From Chiloscyllium plagiosum (taxonomy: Eukaryota): 64,000 nt of DNA. This document shows, piece after piece, positions 37,287-50,939 of the stretch; the first letter of the stretch is position 1; every line of letters starts with the position of its first letter. Under the pieces are notes generated by a model, which made no database searches, was not told the DNA's origin, and was given only the letters and a program-made list of their open reading frames with translations. The DNA lies in the NCBI RefSeq assembly GCF_004010195.1, contig NC_057743.1, positions 18,699,759-18,763,758 of the forward strand, given 5' to 3'. The position numbers and the translations under genes are program-made.

Positions 37287-39689
37287 CTGAAATACAAAAC
37301 CCAATGTTATTCATTTGAATACTACAACAGTTACTCTCATCAATACTGAAGGTGCTTGTGATAAGAGGTGATGGGAGAAGGTGGAGGAAGTGTGTGATGG
37401 GAGACATTCCAGCTCTCAGAGATCAAGTCAGGATTAGAAGAATCTAGCATAAATGCATTATTTCTCAAATGAACTCTTTCCCTACTTCACAAAGTTCTGC
37501 ACGGTAGGTTTTCCAAGCAGCTGCTTTTCATCCTTGAAATAACAAAACAGGTAAGTCAATTGCCACCCCTCAATTAATTTTTGCTGGGTATATTTTCTGT
37601 GGAGTGGCAAGGAAATAAAACATTTGAACCAAAAAATTCTATTTAAAAGGGGAGCTAAACCTTGTCACAGTAAACAAATAACCAATTCTGGGCAGTTTTG
37701 CATTCACTTTACTCAACCCAATTGCTAATGCAGTGGAAATGATATTTTTGCCTCCCCACTGTGCCAGCAATGTTAGGTTGAGTTCTTGTATCCCTATTGC
37801 ATCCTTGCCAGGGAATCAAACCAGAAATGTATAAGCATTACTATATGAAAGTAGGCAATTCAGTTCATTTTGAATTTTTATCTTAAGATCACAGTCACGT
37901 ATACCCACCCTGTTGCCATCCTTCTTATTCATTCTTTCATCAACCACCTATCTACCCATTCTTAAATGTTGGCATTGCCTGTTTCAATCACAAAGTCCAA
38001 CTAGGCAATCCAGAATCACTCACTGGAAATGCAGAGACGTAGTTTCCCTCATTTCTAGTCTGATATCTCTTTAACAAAGATCAACAGCCCAAAGAACCTT
38101 TTCAAAAAATAAAAATGCCTCTGAGAAAAAACTGAGGAGCCACAAGTAGAATATTCAACGTGGCTAAACCAAATATTTGGCAAATTGCCAAGTGCAGAAT
38201 GTATTGCTTTCAAAAATAATAGACAAATACATGTGCTGAATTTATGTCAAAAGATAAATCAGAACTTACCTATAAAATTTTATAGTTATCTTTAAAACAA
38301 ACTTAAGATGCAAGAATTAAGACAATTTCTTTCACTACATTTTCTTGTAATTAAACAGCTTCTAATTGAGAACAATTTAACCCAGCTATAAGGGTACAAT
38401 AATGATCAAACTGTAAAAGTTATTCCTCAAACCAAAGGCACATACATAACATGAATAATTTAGCTCTGTCACAAAGGGGTTCATTTAGAATACAACATGC
38501 TTTTTGTTAAAATTATTATTTGGAACAATGAAGTACAACATTATAATAATTAGGTTTTTATCTTCATAATAAAAACACAATTCAGTCTTTTCTTGATTTA
38601 ATTTTTTTCTCAGCCTTTTTTCTGTTCATGCAATCCAACTGGAAATGAGTGGGAGTCACAAATGAGATGCTAAACAGCAATAATCGGTTCCAGGCTGCAG
38701 ATTCTTGGATTAGAACCAGCAATCATTTAAAACACTTTCTATCTACTCTATTCCACTCCTTCATAACCCTGAACACATCCATCAAACCACCACTGAATCT
38801 CCTTTGTTCTGACAAAATTAGTCTGAATTTCACAAAACATTTTCATATTTGTATTTCATCATATCAGGCAACATTCCAACAAATCTGAACTGTACTACTC
38901 CAATACATCAATGAGCTTCCTATTATATATAAATTTACCATTACAATATAAGCTAAGTTAAAATCACACAACACAGGTTATAGTTCAACAGGTTTATTTG
39001 GAACCACTAGCTTTTGGAGCACTGCTCCTTCATCAGGTGGCAGAACCAATATTCCATTCATTAAGGTATTTCCGTTTGAGCGGCTGGCTTTAAAATCTTG
39101 TGAATCTGAACTCTCACATTGTTCTTGCTCATTCACATCAGCCATCTTTCCCTCATTCAGAATGTAGCTCAAACTTTCTGGTTTCCACATCATAGAGACC
39201 AGGTGCATTACTGAGATGCTTGTTGGGACACTGGAAGAGTTCTGATATACTAGAAATTCCCCAAGAAATTTAAAATACTGAGGGGCAAAATTCTCTGCTC
39301 TCCAGGACTTCTGCAAATATCTGAGTCAGTTAGAGGTGAAGACTGAGTAGAAGACTTTTAGGTACAGTACTTATTATGGTGGGGGTTGGTTAGCTCAGTT
39401 GGCTGTTCCCTGTAATTCCTATTCTCTACAAATACAGTAGTTTGTCAATGCTTTCTGAAAAGCCAATGTACACCTCTGGCTTCACTATGTCATACCTTCC
39501 CATCTTCAAGGCAGTAATATCTCTTTTTAACATGAGAGATAATGCTTTGTTCACAACATCTTTACCCCAGAAAGTTAATTAGTTTAAAGACTGTGCAGTG
39601 CACATCCCAACAGCCATTATTTTCCTGATTAAGGGACACAATCTAATACATTCATATGCAAGCATATTTCATGTATGAATGATCAGCAC

Positions 39690-39811
39690 CTGTGATATTG
39701 AGTTCTCTTTCTCTTTTCAGCCAGCCTCTCCTCCATTTCCTTATAATATTGGAATGCTGCTTCTTCATCTGTATCAGACTTGGAGTCCCCAGAAACTTTG
39801 TCGTCAGAGAC
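39690..39811 (-). CDS. UTP3: UTP3 coding exon 13 (VSDDKVSGDSKSDTDEEAAFQYYKEMEERLAEKRKRTQYH)
   Basis: DEEAAxxYYKEME motif; TAG acceptor, phase 2 end. Confidence 0.88.
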
Positions 39812-40086
39812 CTACATCAAAATATTGATCCTGTTAAACTCAAGAATGTGTGGAAAAACTGTCTATTCGTAGCAATGATTAAAGATAGATAAAAACAGAT
39901 TCAGTCCATCAAGGCTCACCATAAAACTTGAGTTTCACTTTCAATATTAAACTGGTGTGAAAACAGCCAGGGTCACTATCATATTTTCAAACATTGACAA
40001 CTATATATAATTAACAATAACTACTCACCCTTCAAAATCTGGATTCTATCCTTGCTAACGTGTAATGAAAGTCACCCCTATCTCAC

Positions 40087-40257
40087 CTTTTCTTCCATTC
40101 GTTGTCCAGCTTTAGGCTGTTTGCTCAATTGAATCGGAACTTTTCTCCCCTCAGAGGAGAGTTGAACGTTTTTCGTAATTTCCAGGCTATCCTGGCTCAA
40201 AAGCTGCTGGATTTCAGACGACAGCTTCTCATCCAATCCAACTAGATCATTGATCAG
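40087..40257 (-). CDS. UTP3: UTP3 coding exon 12 (LINDLVGLDEKLSSEIQQLL...MEEK)
   Basis: LINxL...DxKLSSEI motif; inside ORF 40078..40338. Confidence 0.9.
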
Positions 40258-40524
40258 CTGCAATGACAAAGCAGTCGTCAAATGCAAGAACACAGAGGAG
40301 AAAAATTCTGCATAACTTGCTTTTAATCCAACTATCATTTAGCAAAATTAAAAGCAAAATACATGACTACTGGAAATCTGAAACAGAAATAGAAAATGTT
40401 GAGAAACTCAGCAGGTTGGGCAGCAGCTGTGAAGGGGGAAACAGAATTAACATTTCATGTCCACCAGAAACTGTTCAGTACTAAAGGAAGAGAGTCATAT
40501 AGGAATCAAAATGTATAATTCAAT

Positions 40525-41185
40525 GAGATGCAGTACAGTAGGTTGAGCCCAAGGCTTGTCTGCTCCCATTGGCTTTCTCCTTTCTTTTTCTTTGGTTTTT
40601 CTTCTTTTGGGTCTAGAGTGTGGCAGGTGAGAGAGGAGGTCTCCAGTGGCAGCAGCAACACCAGGACAAGCCAGACGTAGCTCCTCTCCAGCCTGGGTTC
40701 TCCTCGTGAGTAAGGAGCAGGTCCAGGGCTGACTCCCCTGGTCTGCACTCACAGGCTAGGTGAGGCTCCAGTTCCACGCTGGGCCCGTGCATCTGAAGTA
40801 GAAAAGGTGACAGTCTTGGAACAGCATGGCTGTCTTCCAGTATGACAATCTTGTTCTGACAAGGGTCTTGTCCCTGTGTGGAGGTCGTCTTCATCTTCAG
40901 CTTCCAGGTGATCCAACTGCCTGACAGGTAGCCACATCGAGTAGTGGTGGTCTTGTCCCACATTGGCGGTCTCATCCTGGCTGGGTCTTCACAGTATTCC
41001 ATCATTCCTTATCGACTTTTCGAGCCCAGGAGCCATTAACTGAACTGTGATGAACTTTGCCTTAATTTTACTTTTTTTAAAACATTATTATGGCTGACTT
41101 CTGTCATTGATGTCGGCATCATGGTGGAGCAATTTAAAACATTTCACTGTATTTTTTATACCAAAGTGCAGATGACAATAGATTT
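40525..41185 (+). mobile_element. Unclassified non-autonomous interspersed element with Rex-like 3' tail
   Basis: GC-richer block interrupting a fold-back element; tail ACATTTCACTGTA...GTGCAGATGACAATA. Confidence 0.5.
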
Positions 41186-41439
41186 TATTGTATTCTAATT
41201 CAGTTTCTCTCTTCATTGATGCTGCCTCACCTCCTGTGTTTCTCCAGCATCTTGTCTTTATTATTGTTAAACTGGAAACCAGTTCACCCAAACCGGAGTA
41301 AAGTTATAGATTCTTCAGTAATCTTTGCAGCCCAGTGAATACAATGGGTGCTGCTTGAGCTGGGGTAGATGCTGATCAGACAGAATAAACCAAATCAGAG
41401 AATGATTCCAGAACTAAATCTTACTCGGTGTTTAAGAAC

Positions 41440-41725
41440 ACAGCATGGTGGCTCAGTGGTTAGCACTGCTGCCTCACAGCACCAGGGTCCCTGGTTCGAT
41501 TCCAGTCTCAGGCAACTGTCTGTGTGGATTTCCTCCGGGTGCTCGGGTTTCCTCCCACAGTCACAAAGATGTGCAGGTTAGGTGAATTGGCCATGCTAAA
41601 TTGCCCATACTGTTAGGTGTATTAATCAGAGGGAAATGGGTCTGGGTGGGTTACTCTTTGGAGGGTTGGCATGGACTAGTTGGGCTGAAGGGTCTGTTTC
41701 CACACTAGGGAACCTAATCTAACTA
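41440..41725 (+). mobile_element. HE1-type V-SINE
   Basis: TGGCTCAGTGG A box, GGTTCGATTCC B box, V-domain, CTAATCTAA tail. Confidence 0.88.
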
Positions 41726-41829
41726 GATTCTGAATGATAGACTGAAACGGACCCAGGCTATCCCTTTGATTGCAGAGTGACACAAGGAAAATTGAAGTTC
41801 CTGGAGCTGTTAAACCGCTGGATACTTAC

Positions 41830-41926
41830 GTTTCTGTAGGTGAGAAGCCTCTCGATCACAGGGTGATTATGCACTGGGATCCGCTTGGCCTTCAGTACCA
41901 GGTAAAAACTGATGTTTGTGCAATAA
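41830..41926 (-). CDS. UTP3: UTP3 coding exon 11 (YCTNISFYLVLKAKRIPVHNHPVIERLLTYRN)
   Basis: NISFYLxLKA...HPVIERL motif; TAG/GTAAGT sites. Confidence 0.95.
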
Positions 41927-42518
41927 CTACAGATTACAGAGATTTTGTTAACAAGAAAATCACAAGTTTAAACCAAAAGTAAAATGTGGAATATTCAAGA
42001 TATGGAAGATATCACATTGCTACTGGAAGTACAATTTTTTTTTAATGTACAATACCTCACACTTTTATGGTATAATACAAGAAATCCTCACATTCCCTCA
42101 TCAGTTATTATTCCATGGTGATTGCTTCTATTCCTCAACATGTTGCTGAAATCCACATCTCTAACAATGTCATATACCATTTTAGACAATAATCAAATAA
42201 GCAGTTACCAAGGAGTAAAATGCACTTGATTAAAATAAAATACACAGACACTTTCCACCTTTTCTAAAGGAATGCGCCAAAAATGGTGAAAGGACAAATG
42301 CAGACACCATGTAAATACAAGTATTTAGAGCATGTGGCCTTTACCCACTTTTATTTACTCATCAGAAATGCAATTAGCCACATACAGTGACTCATGACTA
42401 ACATGTTGGACATATTGCATTTAAGGCAGCTGCTGGGTCTCCCATTCTCCTTCCTCCCTCCCCCCCCCAGTTTTTGGAAAAGTTACAGATTCTCTAAGGT
42501 ACTATGAAAGAAACATAC

Positions 42519-42559
42519 TTCAGGTACAGATGGTACTTAGTCTGCACGTAGTGGGCACC
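42519..42559 (-). CDS. UTP3: UTP3 coding exon 10 (GAHYVQTKYHLYL)
   Basis: YxxTKYxLYLN motif; CAG/GTATGT sites, phase 2 end. Confidence 0.9.
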
Positions 42560-42658
42560 CTGTGAATCAAAGGGAGAACAATTATTACAATATAATCCAG
42601 ATAACTTGATCTCTCTCAATCCTCATCCGCACTCATTTAGTTATTTGTTCCAGCATAC

Positions 42659-42730
42659 CTTCCCTGCACGTATCTTCCTACTCTTCACCATATTCATTAG
42701 TGGATGCAGCTTATCCCTCAGCTCCATGAG
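42659..42730 (-). CDS. UTP3: UTP3 coding exon 9 (LMELRDKLHPLMNMVKSRKIRAGK)
   Basis: TTTTTGCAG/GTATG sites, phase 0-0, Sas10_Utp3 domain-like. Confidence 0.88.
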
Positions 42731-43683
42731 CTGCAAAAAGGCAAATCAGAAACTAATCAAATGCTCTGAATGAAACTTGGCAACAGTAGTTTAACAATCA
42801 ACACACAATCCTAAGAAGTAGCATGCAAATATTAAGACAGGAATTTCCAAGCTTTCTGTCTTCTTAACAGCTTATGTAAAGGAAGATTTTGACAGTTAAT
42901 GATAAGCCAGACATTTCCTGCAAAATAAAAGGTGCATGGATTCAGTAGTGACCCCTAATCCATGCTTTCTGAAAACTGAGCTGTCACCAATTTTTCTTTG
43001 CTTTTTACATCAACAACTGTAACTTGAAAAGAAGCTAAATTCAGAAGAGACTCTGCCTGGAGTGGTGTTAACAATACTAATTCACAAGCAAAATATAACT
43101 GGAGGTAATTGGAAATAAGCAAATCCTGTGCATTACAGATAAAATTCCACTTCAGCTTTATTCATCCCCTTTCCCATCGTGCTGCACCATTAATACAAGA
43201 GAGGTTGGATAGATCACTGGTAAGCGAGTTAAGCAACTTTGAGCAACTTTCCAGTTTCTGTTCACAGATCAGAAAATTGGGAAGCAGCTAAGTGTATTAG
43301 GCCTGAATAAGCATCTCAACACCAAAATGTTCTGGAAATCCTTACTGGAATGAACAGTTCCATTTCCATCAATGATCACACTATTCTCGTTTCCTCTTCA
43401 TATGACAAGCACAATTCATTGTTACCTTCTCAAGGACCATTTAGTGGTGGACAATAAGTCCTGGCTTTGCCAGCAATGTTCACATTCCAACAGCAAGTAA
43501 AGAGAACAAGTTACATGTTAAAGTCTTTTTTGGCTCTACAGAGCACATCATCTGTTTAAAAAGTTGCTTTATTATATTTTAGATTTAGTTTTAATCCGAT
43601 TTATATGCCACTTAACATCATTCAGAAATAAAACAGCATAACAGATGAATAAATTCAACATAAAGTTTCAATGTTTCAGTAAC

Positions 43684-43836
43684 CTTTGCTTTGAAGTCCT
43701 GAATGAGTTCCAGAAGTTCTGGTGACTCCTTCTTCAGCAGACCCATCTGCTCTTTATGTGACATTTTCTTCAAATCCTTTTTGATTATCAGATCTTTTTG
43801 AGTCGCTTTTTCAGTTTCCTGCTCCTGGGCAAACGC
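43684..43836 (-). CDS. UTP3: UTP3 coding exon 8 (AFAQEQ...LLKKESPELLELIQDFKAK)
   Basis: ESPELLELI motif; inside ORF 43618..43851; CAG/GT sites. Confidence 0.93.
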
Positions 43837-44490
43837 CTGTAATAAGAACACAAAAATACTTAAATCCTCAGCTGCGCCCTTATTGAAAATCCTGCCTCAA
43901 CAGCAAATTTTACACTTAGACATGGATGACCTGATGCTGTTGAACATAAACAGCTTTTAAAGGTCAAAAAAAACTTGCAAAATATAAAGTGTGACAGTGA
44001 CATGGCTGAGTCTCATTTTTTTTTTAAGCAGAATGAGCTCTCTCTCCCACACACCTCCCTCCATCGACTTTTGGCAGACCAGACAGGCAGGTGCAAAGAT
44101 TCTGCTTTTACATCACTTTCTACAGGTCAACCCCGGCTATATGAAAGGATACAGTAAAGACACAAATGCCAGAAATACAGCTTAAATTAAGCAAGTATTG
44201 CAAAAACAAAATGAAAGTTGAGCCAAACCTAATTATTTGAAAGAAAGAAAACAAAGTCTAGACTGGCGTTTTGGCTTAAGATAAAAAATACAATCGAGAA
44301 GGATACCAGGGATGTCAAACAACACTTTAATTATATATTAAAAAAATGATGGGGAACTGCTTGCTTAAGGTTGATAGGGATAGGGAAGAGAAAGTTCTGT
44401 TCTGATAACTTCCTTTCAAGCCAACTTGACTTTACACACCAAATCTGAAGAAAGAACCACTTTCAGGCCTCAATATCCTTCGCTGATTAC

Positions 44491-44612
44491 CTGAATAAGG
44501 TCAAGTCCAAAGTCTTCCTCTGTCAGATTCTCTGCCAAACGCTTTTGAATATTCAAAGCTTCTTGTTCCTCATCCTGAGCTTCTGCCAGTGCATCTTCCT
44601 TACCCTTACCAC
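44491..44612 (-). CDS. UTP3: UTP3 coding exon 7 (GKGKEDALAEAQDEEQEALNIQKRLAENLTEEDFGLDLIQ)
   Basis: EEQEAxxIQKRLA...EEDFG motif; inside ORF 44470..44664. Confidence 0.92.
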
Positions 44613-45304
44613 CTGTGTTTAAACAGGCAGAAACAGAGAACCTAGTCATGGTAAATTTGTGCATCTGTGCTTTACTACTAAATTTTCATCAGGACAAAAT
44701 AGCACAAAGTCAAAAATTCAAGGTTATAATTTTCTGAGGATTCTCATGTCAAAACAAATAGATTACCAATTAGGTAATTTTCAAGACTTGAAGCAAAATT
44801 GCAAAAGTGCATCACATTTCAGCTGTGCCACTACAAGAAGAGCATTTAGAATCTACTGCTACATTCACACAACTCCCAGGATCAGTGGCAGGGAATTTCA
44901 AACAAGTCATGCATTGCTATAGAGTCGCTCAGAGATGAGACTTCAAGTAAACATTCACTGATCCAGATATCTCCGTTTCAACATCTACTGGTTCTAAAAG
45001 GTTGGATGTTGAGGAAATCTGCAACTCAGATACAACTTATTGCATCTTAAACAAAATAATGAATGATAATGGACACTTGAGACTAAAGTGGATTCTCATT
45101 GCAATTATTCAGACCTAACATTATTCACAAGGTATTTGCAGATGAAGAAAATCCCTCTTTCCAGAATACAAATTTTGGTGTCTAAGCAACTAACTTGAGA
45201 ACAAAACCACAATATGTAAACATGGAGGTACAGGATTCCTTAATTAACATTTAAAACATCTACAGAAGAAGACAATGTACTGAATGAGAAGGTAGAGAAT
45301 TTGG

Positions 45305-46330
45305 GCATAGAATCCTACAGCATGGAAACAACCCTTGCTCCTTGGATGCTGTGCTTTTCCAGCACCACACTCTTCAACTCTGATCTCCAGCATCTACAGT
45401 GCTCACGTTCTCCTTCAGTCCAACCAGTCCATGTTGACCATCATCCCAAACTAAATTAGCTACACTTGCCTTATATCCCTCCAAACATTTCTTATTCATG
45501 TACTTACCTAAATGTCTTTTAAATGTTGTAATTGTACCCATATCCACCACTTCCTCTGGAAGTTCATTCCACACACATGAACCACACAGTGTAAAAAAAT
45601 TGCCCAGTTTTTAAAAAATCTTTCTCCTCTCAACTTAAAAATATGCCCTTTAGTCTTGAAAGCCCCTACCCTAAGGAAAAGACACGTGCCATTCACTTTA
45701 TCTATATCCCACAATTTATTTTTTGGTTTATAATCCTCTTAAAAGGTCACCACTCAACCTCCTAGGCTCCAGTGAAAAAAGTCCCAGCATCTCCTTATAA
45801 CTCAAACCCTCATTCCTGGCAACATCCTGGTAAATCTCTTCTGAAACCTCTCCAACTTAATAACATCCTTTCTACACCAGGGAGACCAGAACTTGACACA
45901 GTACTTCTGAAGAGGCCTCACCAATGTCCTGTACAACCTTAACATAGTGTCCCAACTCCTATACTCAAAAGGACTGAGCAATGAAGGCAGGCACACTATC
46001 TATATGTGATGCAACCTTTGAAGCATTATATACCTAACCCTCTGGATCTTTCTGTTCCACAACACTACCCAAGGCCCTACTTTTATACTTTGTATAAGTC
46101 TTGCCTTTGTTTGTTTTACCAAAATGCAATATCTCACATTTATTCAAATTAAACTCCATTGCCACTCTTCAGCCCATTGACCCAATTAATCAAAATCTCT
46201 CTATAATCTTAAATAACTTTTTTCACTGACTACTACACCACCAATCTTGGGTCATCTGCAAACTTACTTACCACGCTTTCTATAATCTCATCTAAATCAT
46301 TTATATAAATGACAAACAAACATGGATGCA
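45305..46330 (-). mobile_element. CR1/HER1 LINE 3' fragment
   Basis: LYRTLVRPLQKYCVKFWSP and WNELPEEVV motifs. Confidence 0.88.
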
Positions 46331-46843
46331 GCAGCCAGGTCCTAAAATATAGGAGAATGCAAAGTAAACTAATCTGCATTAACTCTATTATACTCCAGAA
46401 TATGCAATGAGCAATTAGCCTTCATTTGTTGCAGTTTCCAACAATATATCATCAATACACAATGTGACTACATTCTCGCTGCTACTCAGAAAACCTCTTA
46501 TCACATTCCAAGGGCAGCAAATGGCCTTGGTACAAATGAATTGAGTATCCCTAGCACAACTCAAGTATCAGTAGACAGCTGTAACTTTAGTATCATCAGT
46601 TCTGATTAGATAATGTCCAAAACATGAGCCTATTTTCTCATTCTGGCAATAACTGATCTATTGTATAGTTCCCACCTTAAAATGAATATCTTGTAATTTT
46701 CAGAGATGCTCTGAGTGCAAAGCATGCAACAAAAATGAAAAATCCATCAAGAATTGGTCTACAATTTGACAAAATGCAACCTATGGAGGAAATCGTTCCC
46801 TTGTTGCTGAAGACAGTTCAAGATGGGAAATTAATGCACATAC

Positions 46844-46918
46844 GTGAAAGCTCATCAATGTAGTCTGTGCTGTAATACATTGCTTTCTTCTGGCCCCAGG
46901 CTAACTCATTGGGGAGAC
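46844..46918 (-). CDS. UTP3: UTP3 coding exon 6 (LPNELAWGQKKAMYYSTDYIDELS)
   Basis: WGxxKxxYYxTDY Sas10 motif; TAG/GTATGT sites. Confidence 0.92.
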
Positions 46919-47219
46919 CTACAAAACAAAAAAAGCAAAACAAAATTAGTTTCAGTGTAAAGCAAATAATAACATATTAGAAACCGTTCTTCCAATTAGG
47001 TAGTTTTAAGTAGGGATATGTCTTGGTCAGATGGTTCAAAACATAATGCAATAACTCTCATTTCAAGAAATAAATACTCAGAATTTACAAGGCAAGATAA
47101 TATTATAGGATTTATTAAAAATAACTGAGGAAAACAGCTGATACACTTGGTCAACAAGAAATGGGATTGTCAATCTCACTCTTCAGACAAGAATTTATTC
47201 CTTAACAAAAAAAAAAGGG

Positions 47220-49040
47220 TGAGCTTGTGGGGAAAGTAGAAGCTGGCTGCAAACATTTCTACAGGCGTACAGAAAGAAGAAAATCAGTGAAGACAAATGT
47301 AGGCCCGTTTCAATCAGAAACAGGAGAATTTATAATGGAAAACAAAGAAATGACTAACCAACTATGTAAGTACTTTAGTTCTGCATTCATAAAGGACACA
47401 ATATAAACATCAAAAATGCTGGGAAACAGTGTTTAAAGAGAGTGCAGTATTACCAGGGAACTGACTTTGGAGAAGTTGATGGGATTTAAGGCTGATAAAT
47501 CCCATGGCCTGATAATCTTACATCCCAGAGTACTTAAAGTGGCCCGAGAAATATTGGATGCATTGAAGAATGATTTTATTGTTGCATGTATTTTACATTG
47601 AGAAAAACAGTAAAATACAGTGGAAAGCTTGTCCATTGTTGCCATGATCCAGTGCCATTTTGAGTTGTTTTAAGAATGAGACAAGAAAAGATATAGTTTA
47701 AAGAAAGTTAAATCAGCCCTGAGACAGCTCATCAATGACAATGCCTTGCCACCGTCCACACTAGAACCAACCAACACTGAAGTCGCACTCTTCAGGTACC
47801 ATCTTTCACTGCTGGGCTGATTCTTCTTCGTCATCGCGCTGCCATCATTGGTGATCCCTTCCCAGATTCTATAGCCTCTGGAATAGTTCCTACACATTGG
47901 AGAGTAGCTAACATAACCCTTCTACTTAAGAAGGGGGAAGAGAGAGAAAACTGGGAATGTGGACCTGTCAGCATAATGTGAAAAGTGAGAAAAACGTTGG
48001 GAGTCTCTTATAAAAGAATTGATAGATCAGCATTTGAAAAACAGTGGCAGGTTTGAATATAGTCAGCATGGCTTTACAAAAGGGAACTCAAGCTTCAGAA
48101 ATCTACTAGAATTCTTCGAGGATGTAATTAATTGAGTGATTGAACGGGAGCCAAATGGATGTGGCTTATTTGGATTTTCAGAAAACTTTCAACAACACTC
48201 CACATAAGAGATCAGAATGTAAAATTAAAACATATAGGATAAGGGGTAGCGTATCAAAATGGATAGAAATTTGGTTGGCAAAGAGGAAACAAAGAGTTGG
48301 AGTAAACGGGTCTCTCTCGAAATGGTAGGCGATGACCAATAGAGTATCATAGGGATCAGTGAGAGGAATCCAGCTATTCACAATATATTAGTGATGTGGA
48401 TCAGGAAACATGTTTTCAGATGACACAAAGCTGGGTAGGAGGATGAGCTGTGAGGATGATGCAGAGATGCTTCAGTGTGATTTGGACAAGACAAGGGAGT
48501 GACTGATGAAGTAAAATGTGGACAAATATGACATTATCTACGTCAAAAGTAAAAACAGATTTTATGTGAATTATTATAAGTTGAAAGAGGGAGATGTGCA
48601 AGAAGAGCAGGATGTCATTGTACACCAGTTGCTGAAGGTAATCAAGGTGCAGCAGGCAGTACAGATGGCAAAAAATATTTGAGCCTTCACATCAAGAGGG
48701 TTCGAGCACAAGAGCCGGTCTATCCTGCTTCAACTGTACACCACGTTGATGGGACCACATCTGGAATATTGAGTGTGGTTTGGTTTCCTTCTGTGAGGAA
48801 AGATGTTCTTGCAATATAGGGAGCGTAGCAAAGATTTACCAGACTGATTAATGGAATGGCAGGAGGGCTATGAGAGGCTGAAATCGGTCAGTATTATAAT
48901 CACTGGAGTTTAGAAGAATGAGTAGGGATCACAGAAACCTATATAATTCTAACCAGGCTAGACAGGGTAGATAAGAGGATCTTCCTGATGACAAGGGAGT
49001 ACAGTACCAGGGGTCACAGTCTAAGGAAACGGGGAGAAAT
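47220..49040 (+). mobile_element. Old degenerate CR1 LINE RT region with an internal insertion at ~47572-47855
   Basis: DVAYLDFQKTF in ORF 48140..48328, many stops. Confidence 0.8.
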
Positions 49041-49396
49041 TTGTTGTTACCTGCCCCTACTTTCTATGTTCCTATGATGGTGGATGACCATTTCAGTATT
49101 GCAGAATGCAGCTTCCACCACCAGAGGGCACTCCAGCGCTGGCTTAACGAGCCCAATAAAAGCTAACTGTGAAGTTGCTGATGGGGAAGCGACAAACATG
49201 AGCATACCTATCCCTGGACATTGTGGCACTACAGTCCTGGAAAATTCACCTAACCCCTCTCTGCAATCATATAGGATTTCTCTTCATTGAAGTCAAACCC
49301 ACTAAAGGGGATTTCAGACTGGGCAGGTGAAAAGTGATTGATAAGTGTTGCTGAAACTGCATGCATTATGTAGAATCATTGCAGCACCAAGCTCAC

Positions 49397-49529
49397 CAGC
49401 TTCCAATTTGCCCTCAAGGTCACTATCCATGTCAACATCCTCCTCATCGTCATTATCCTCATCATCCTCATCATCCTCGTCTTCCTCATCATCCTCTGAG
49501 TCAGGTATCTCCAAGGACATCACCTCTTC
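49397..49529 (-). CDS. UTP3: UTP3 coding exon 5 (EEVMSLEIPDSEDDEE...DSDLEGKLEA), acidic tract
   Basis: Inside ORF 49314..49541; EEVxxL plus D/E run typical of Utp3; CAG/GTGAG sites. Confidence 0.9.
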
Positions 49530-50735
49530 CTGTTGAAGCATTCAGGAAAAAAATGTTAATTTTTAAAATGAATTTCTACCTTAGATATATGCCACATGAT
49601 AACCAAAGGGAAATGATGATGGAGGCATTATTCTGTAGAAACAGTAGCAATCAGTGCAAGAAACCAGGGACATTTTCCTTTTAGTTCACACGCAGTGGCC
49701 AGGCAAATTCAACAGATGCCAACAAGGCTGAAACATATGAGGATAAAAACGGACGAGAATTAAGTGGTGACATAGTTGTTAGACTGATGAGAGGAAGGGA
49801 AAATTATAAAAAGGCCGGTCAACTGCCTCATGAGACTGGAGCATTCTTGCAGGACATAGGCAGGCTTGACAAGTGGCAGCAGTACCACCTCAGGTGATCA
49901 AAGTGGTTTCACCAAGTTACTTTGAACTTCAGCAACTCAGAACAAAGCTTGTCAGTATAGGAAGTGTTATTTCACAGAAATAACTATTATTTTATCACAT
50001 TATTGGTCATTCAGTGTAAGTGCAAAAATGTCAAATCGAACGTTTTTCCTTACAGGTGCAAGACAAAAAGCTTCAGTGGTGTTAATCGCTCTTCAACAAT
50101 GTGAGCACATCGTGTACAAAAGCGACTCATCAGACTTGCTTAGTACGAGCACATCCACCTTCCATTTCTGCTGTGGCTCAGTTGGTAACATACAACATAA
50201 TCCAGCAAAATTCACATTATCTGGCTGAAAGGAGCCAAAATACTTTGGCAACCAGAATCTCTTATTTTTCCCCTCATCAACATCCATGATTATGCACATT
50301 TCAACAACTGGAAGCTATACCAGTGATAAATGACAACCAACAATTAGACTACCTGCAGCTGGCCAGAGTTTTATAACAGTAAAGCTAAAAGTTACTAATG
50401 TTCTTTATAGATGATCACTTGCTGTTGCAGTACTCATTCAGCAATGTTTTTGACTTCAAACAGCCCATGACTGTAGAGTCATGAATTACTGATAGGACAC
50501 AAAGTGATCTGGTGGTACATGATTTTAATCAAAGTCAACACTCCTTCTGTTAATTGGCATTTTTGATTTACTGACACACATTAGTTCCAATGCATGGCAG
50601 AGAACTCAAATCTTACTGGATAAACAGACATATTAAGTTATTTTTCACAAGTGGCTTTAGAAACAAAGGTTGTCTGAAAAGTCAAGCATTCTTTGCAGGA
50701 TTCAGTGTCAGTGCAGTAGAGATGATCACACTAAC

Positions 50736-50792
50736 CTCATCCATTGAGTCTTCGTTTGCATCATCCAGCATGACTCCATCAGCCAGCAGCTT
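50736..50792 (-). CDS. UTP3: UTP3 coding exon 4 (KLLADGVMLDDANEDSMDE)
   Basis: CAG/GTTAGT sites, phase 0-0, acidic linker. Confidence 0.8.
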
Positions 50793-50939
50793 CTGGAACA
50801 CAAAATTACACTATCAGTATCCACAATAAAGATGATTTAAGTTGAACAATTCTGCAACGGGAAAACTTCAAACATACTATTGTTCTTTTGCTTAAACTCG
50901 ATTTGGCAAATGAGGTTACGTATTTTTAATGGACTACTT

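Noticed and set aside
40495-41005. Cluster of minus-strand ORFs of 70-130 aa
   Set aside because: Inside an interspersed repeat in a UTP3 intron; no recognisable domain or splice pattern
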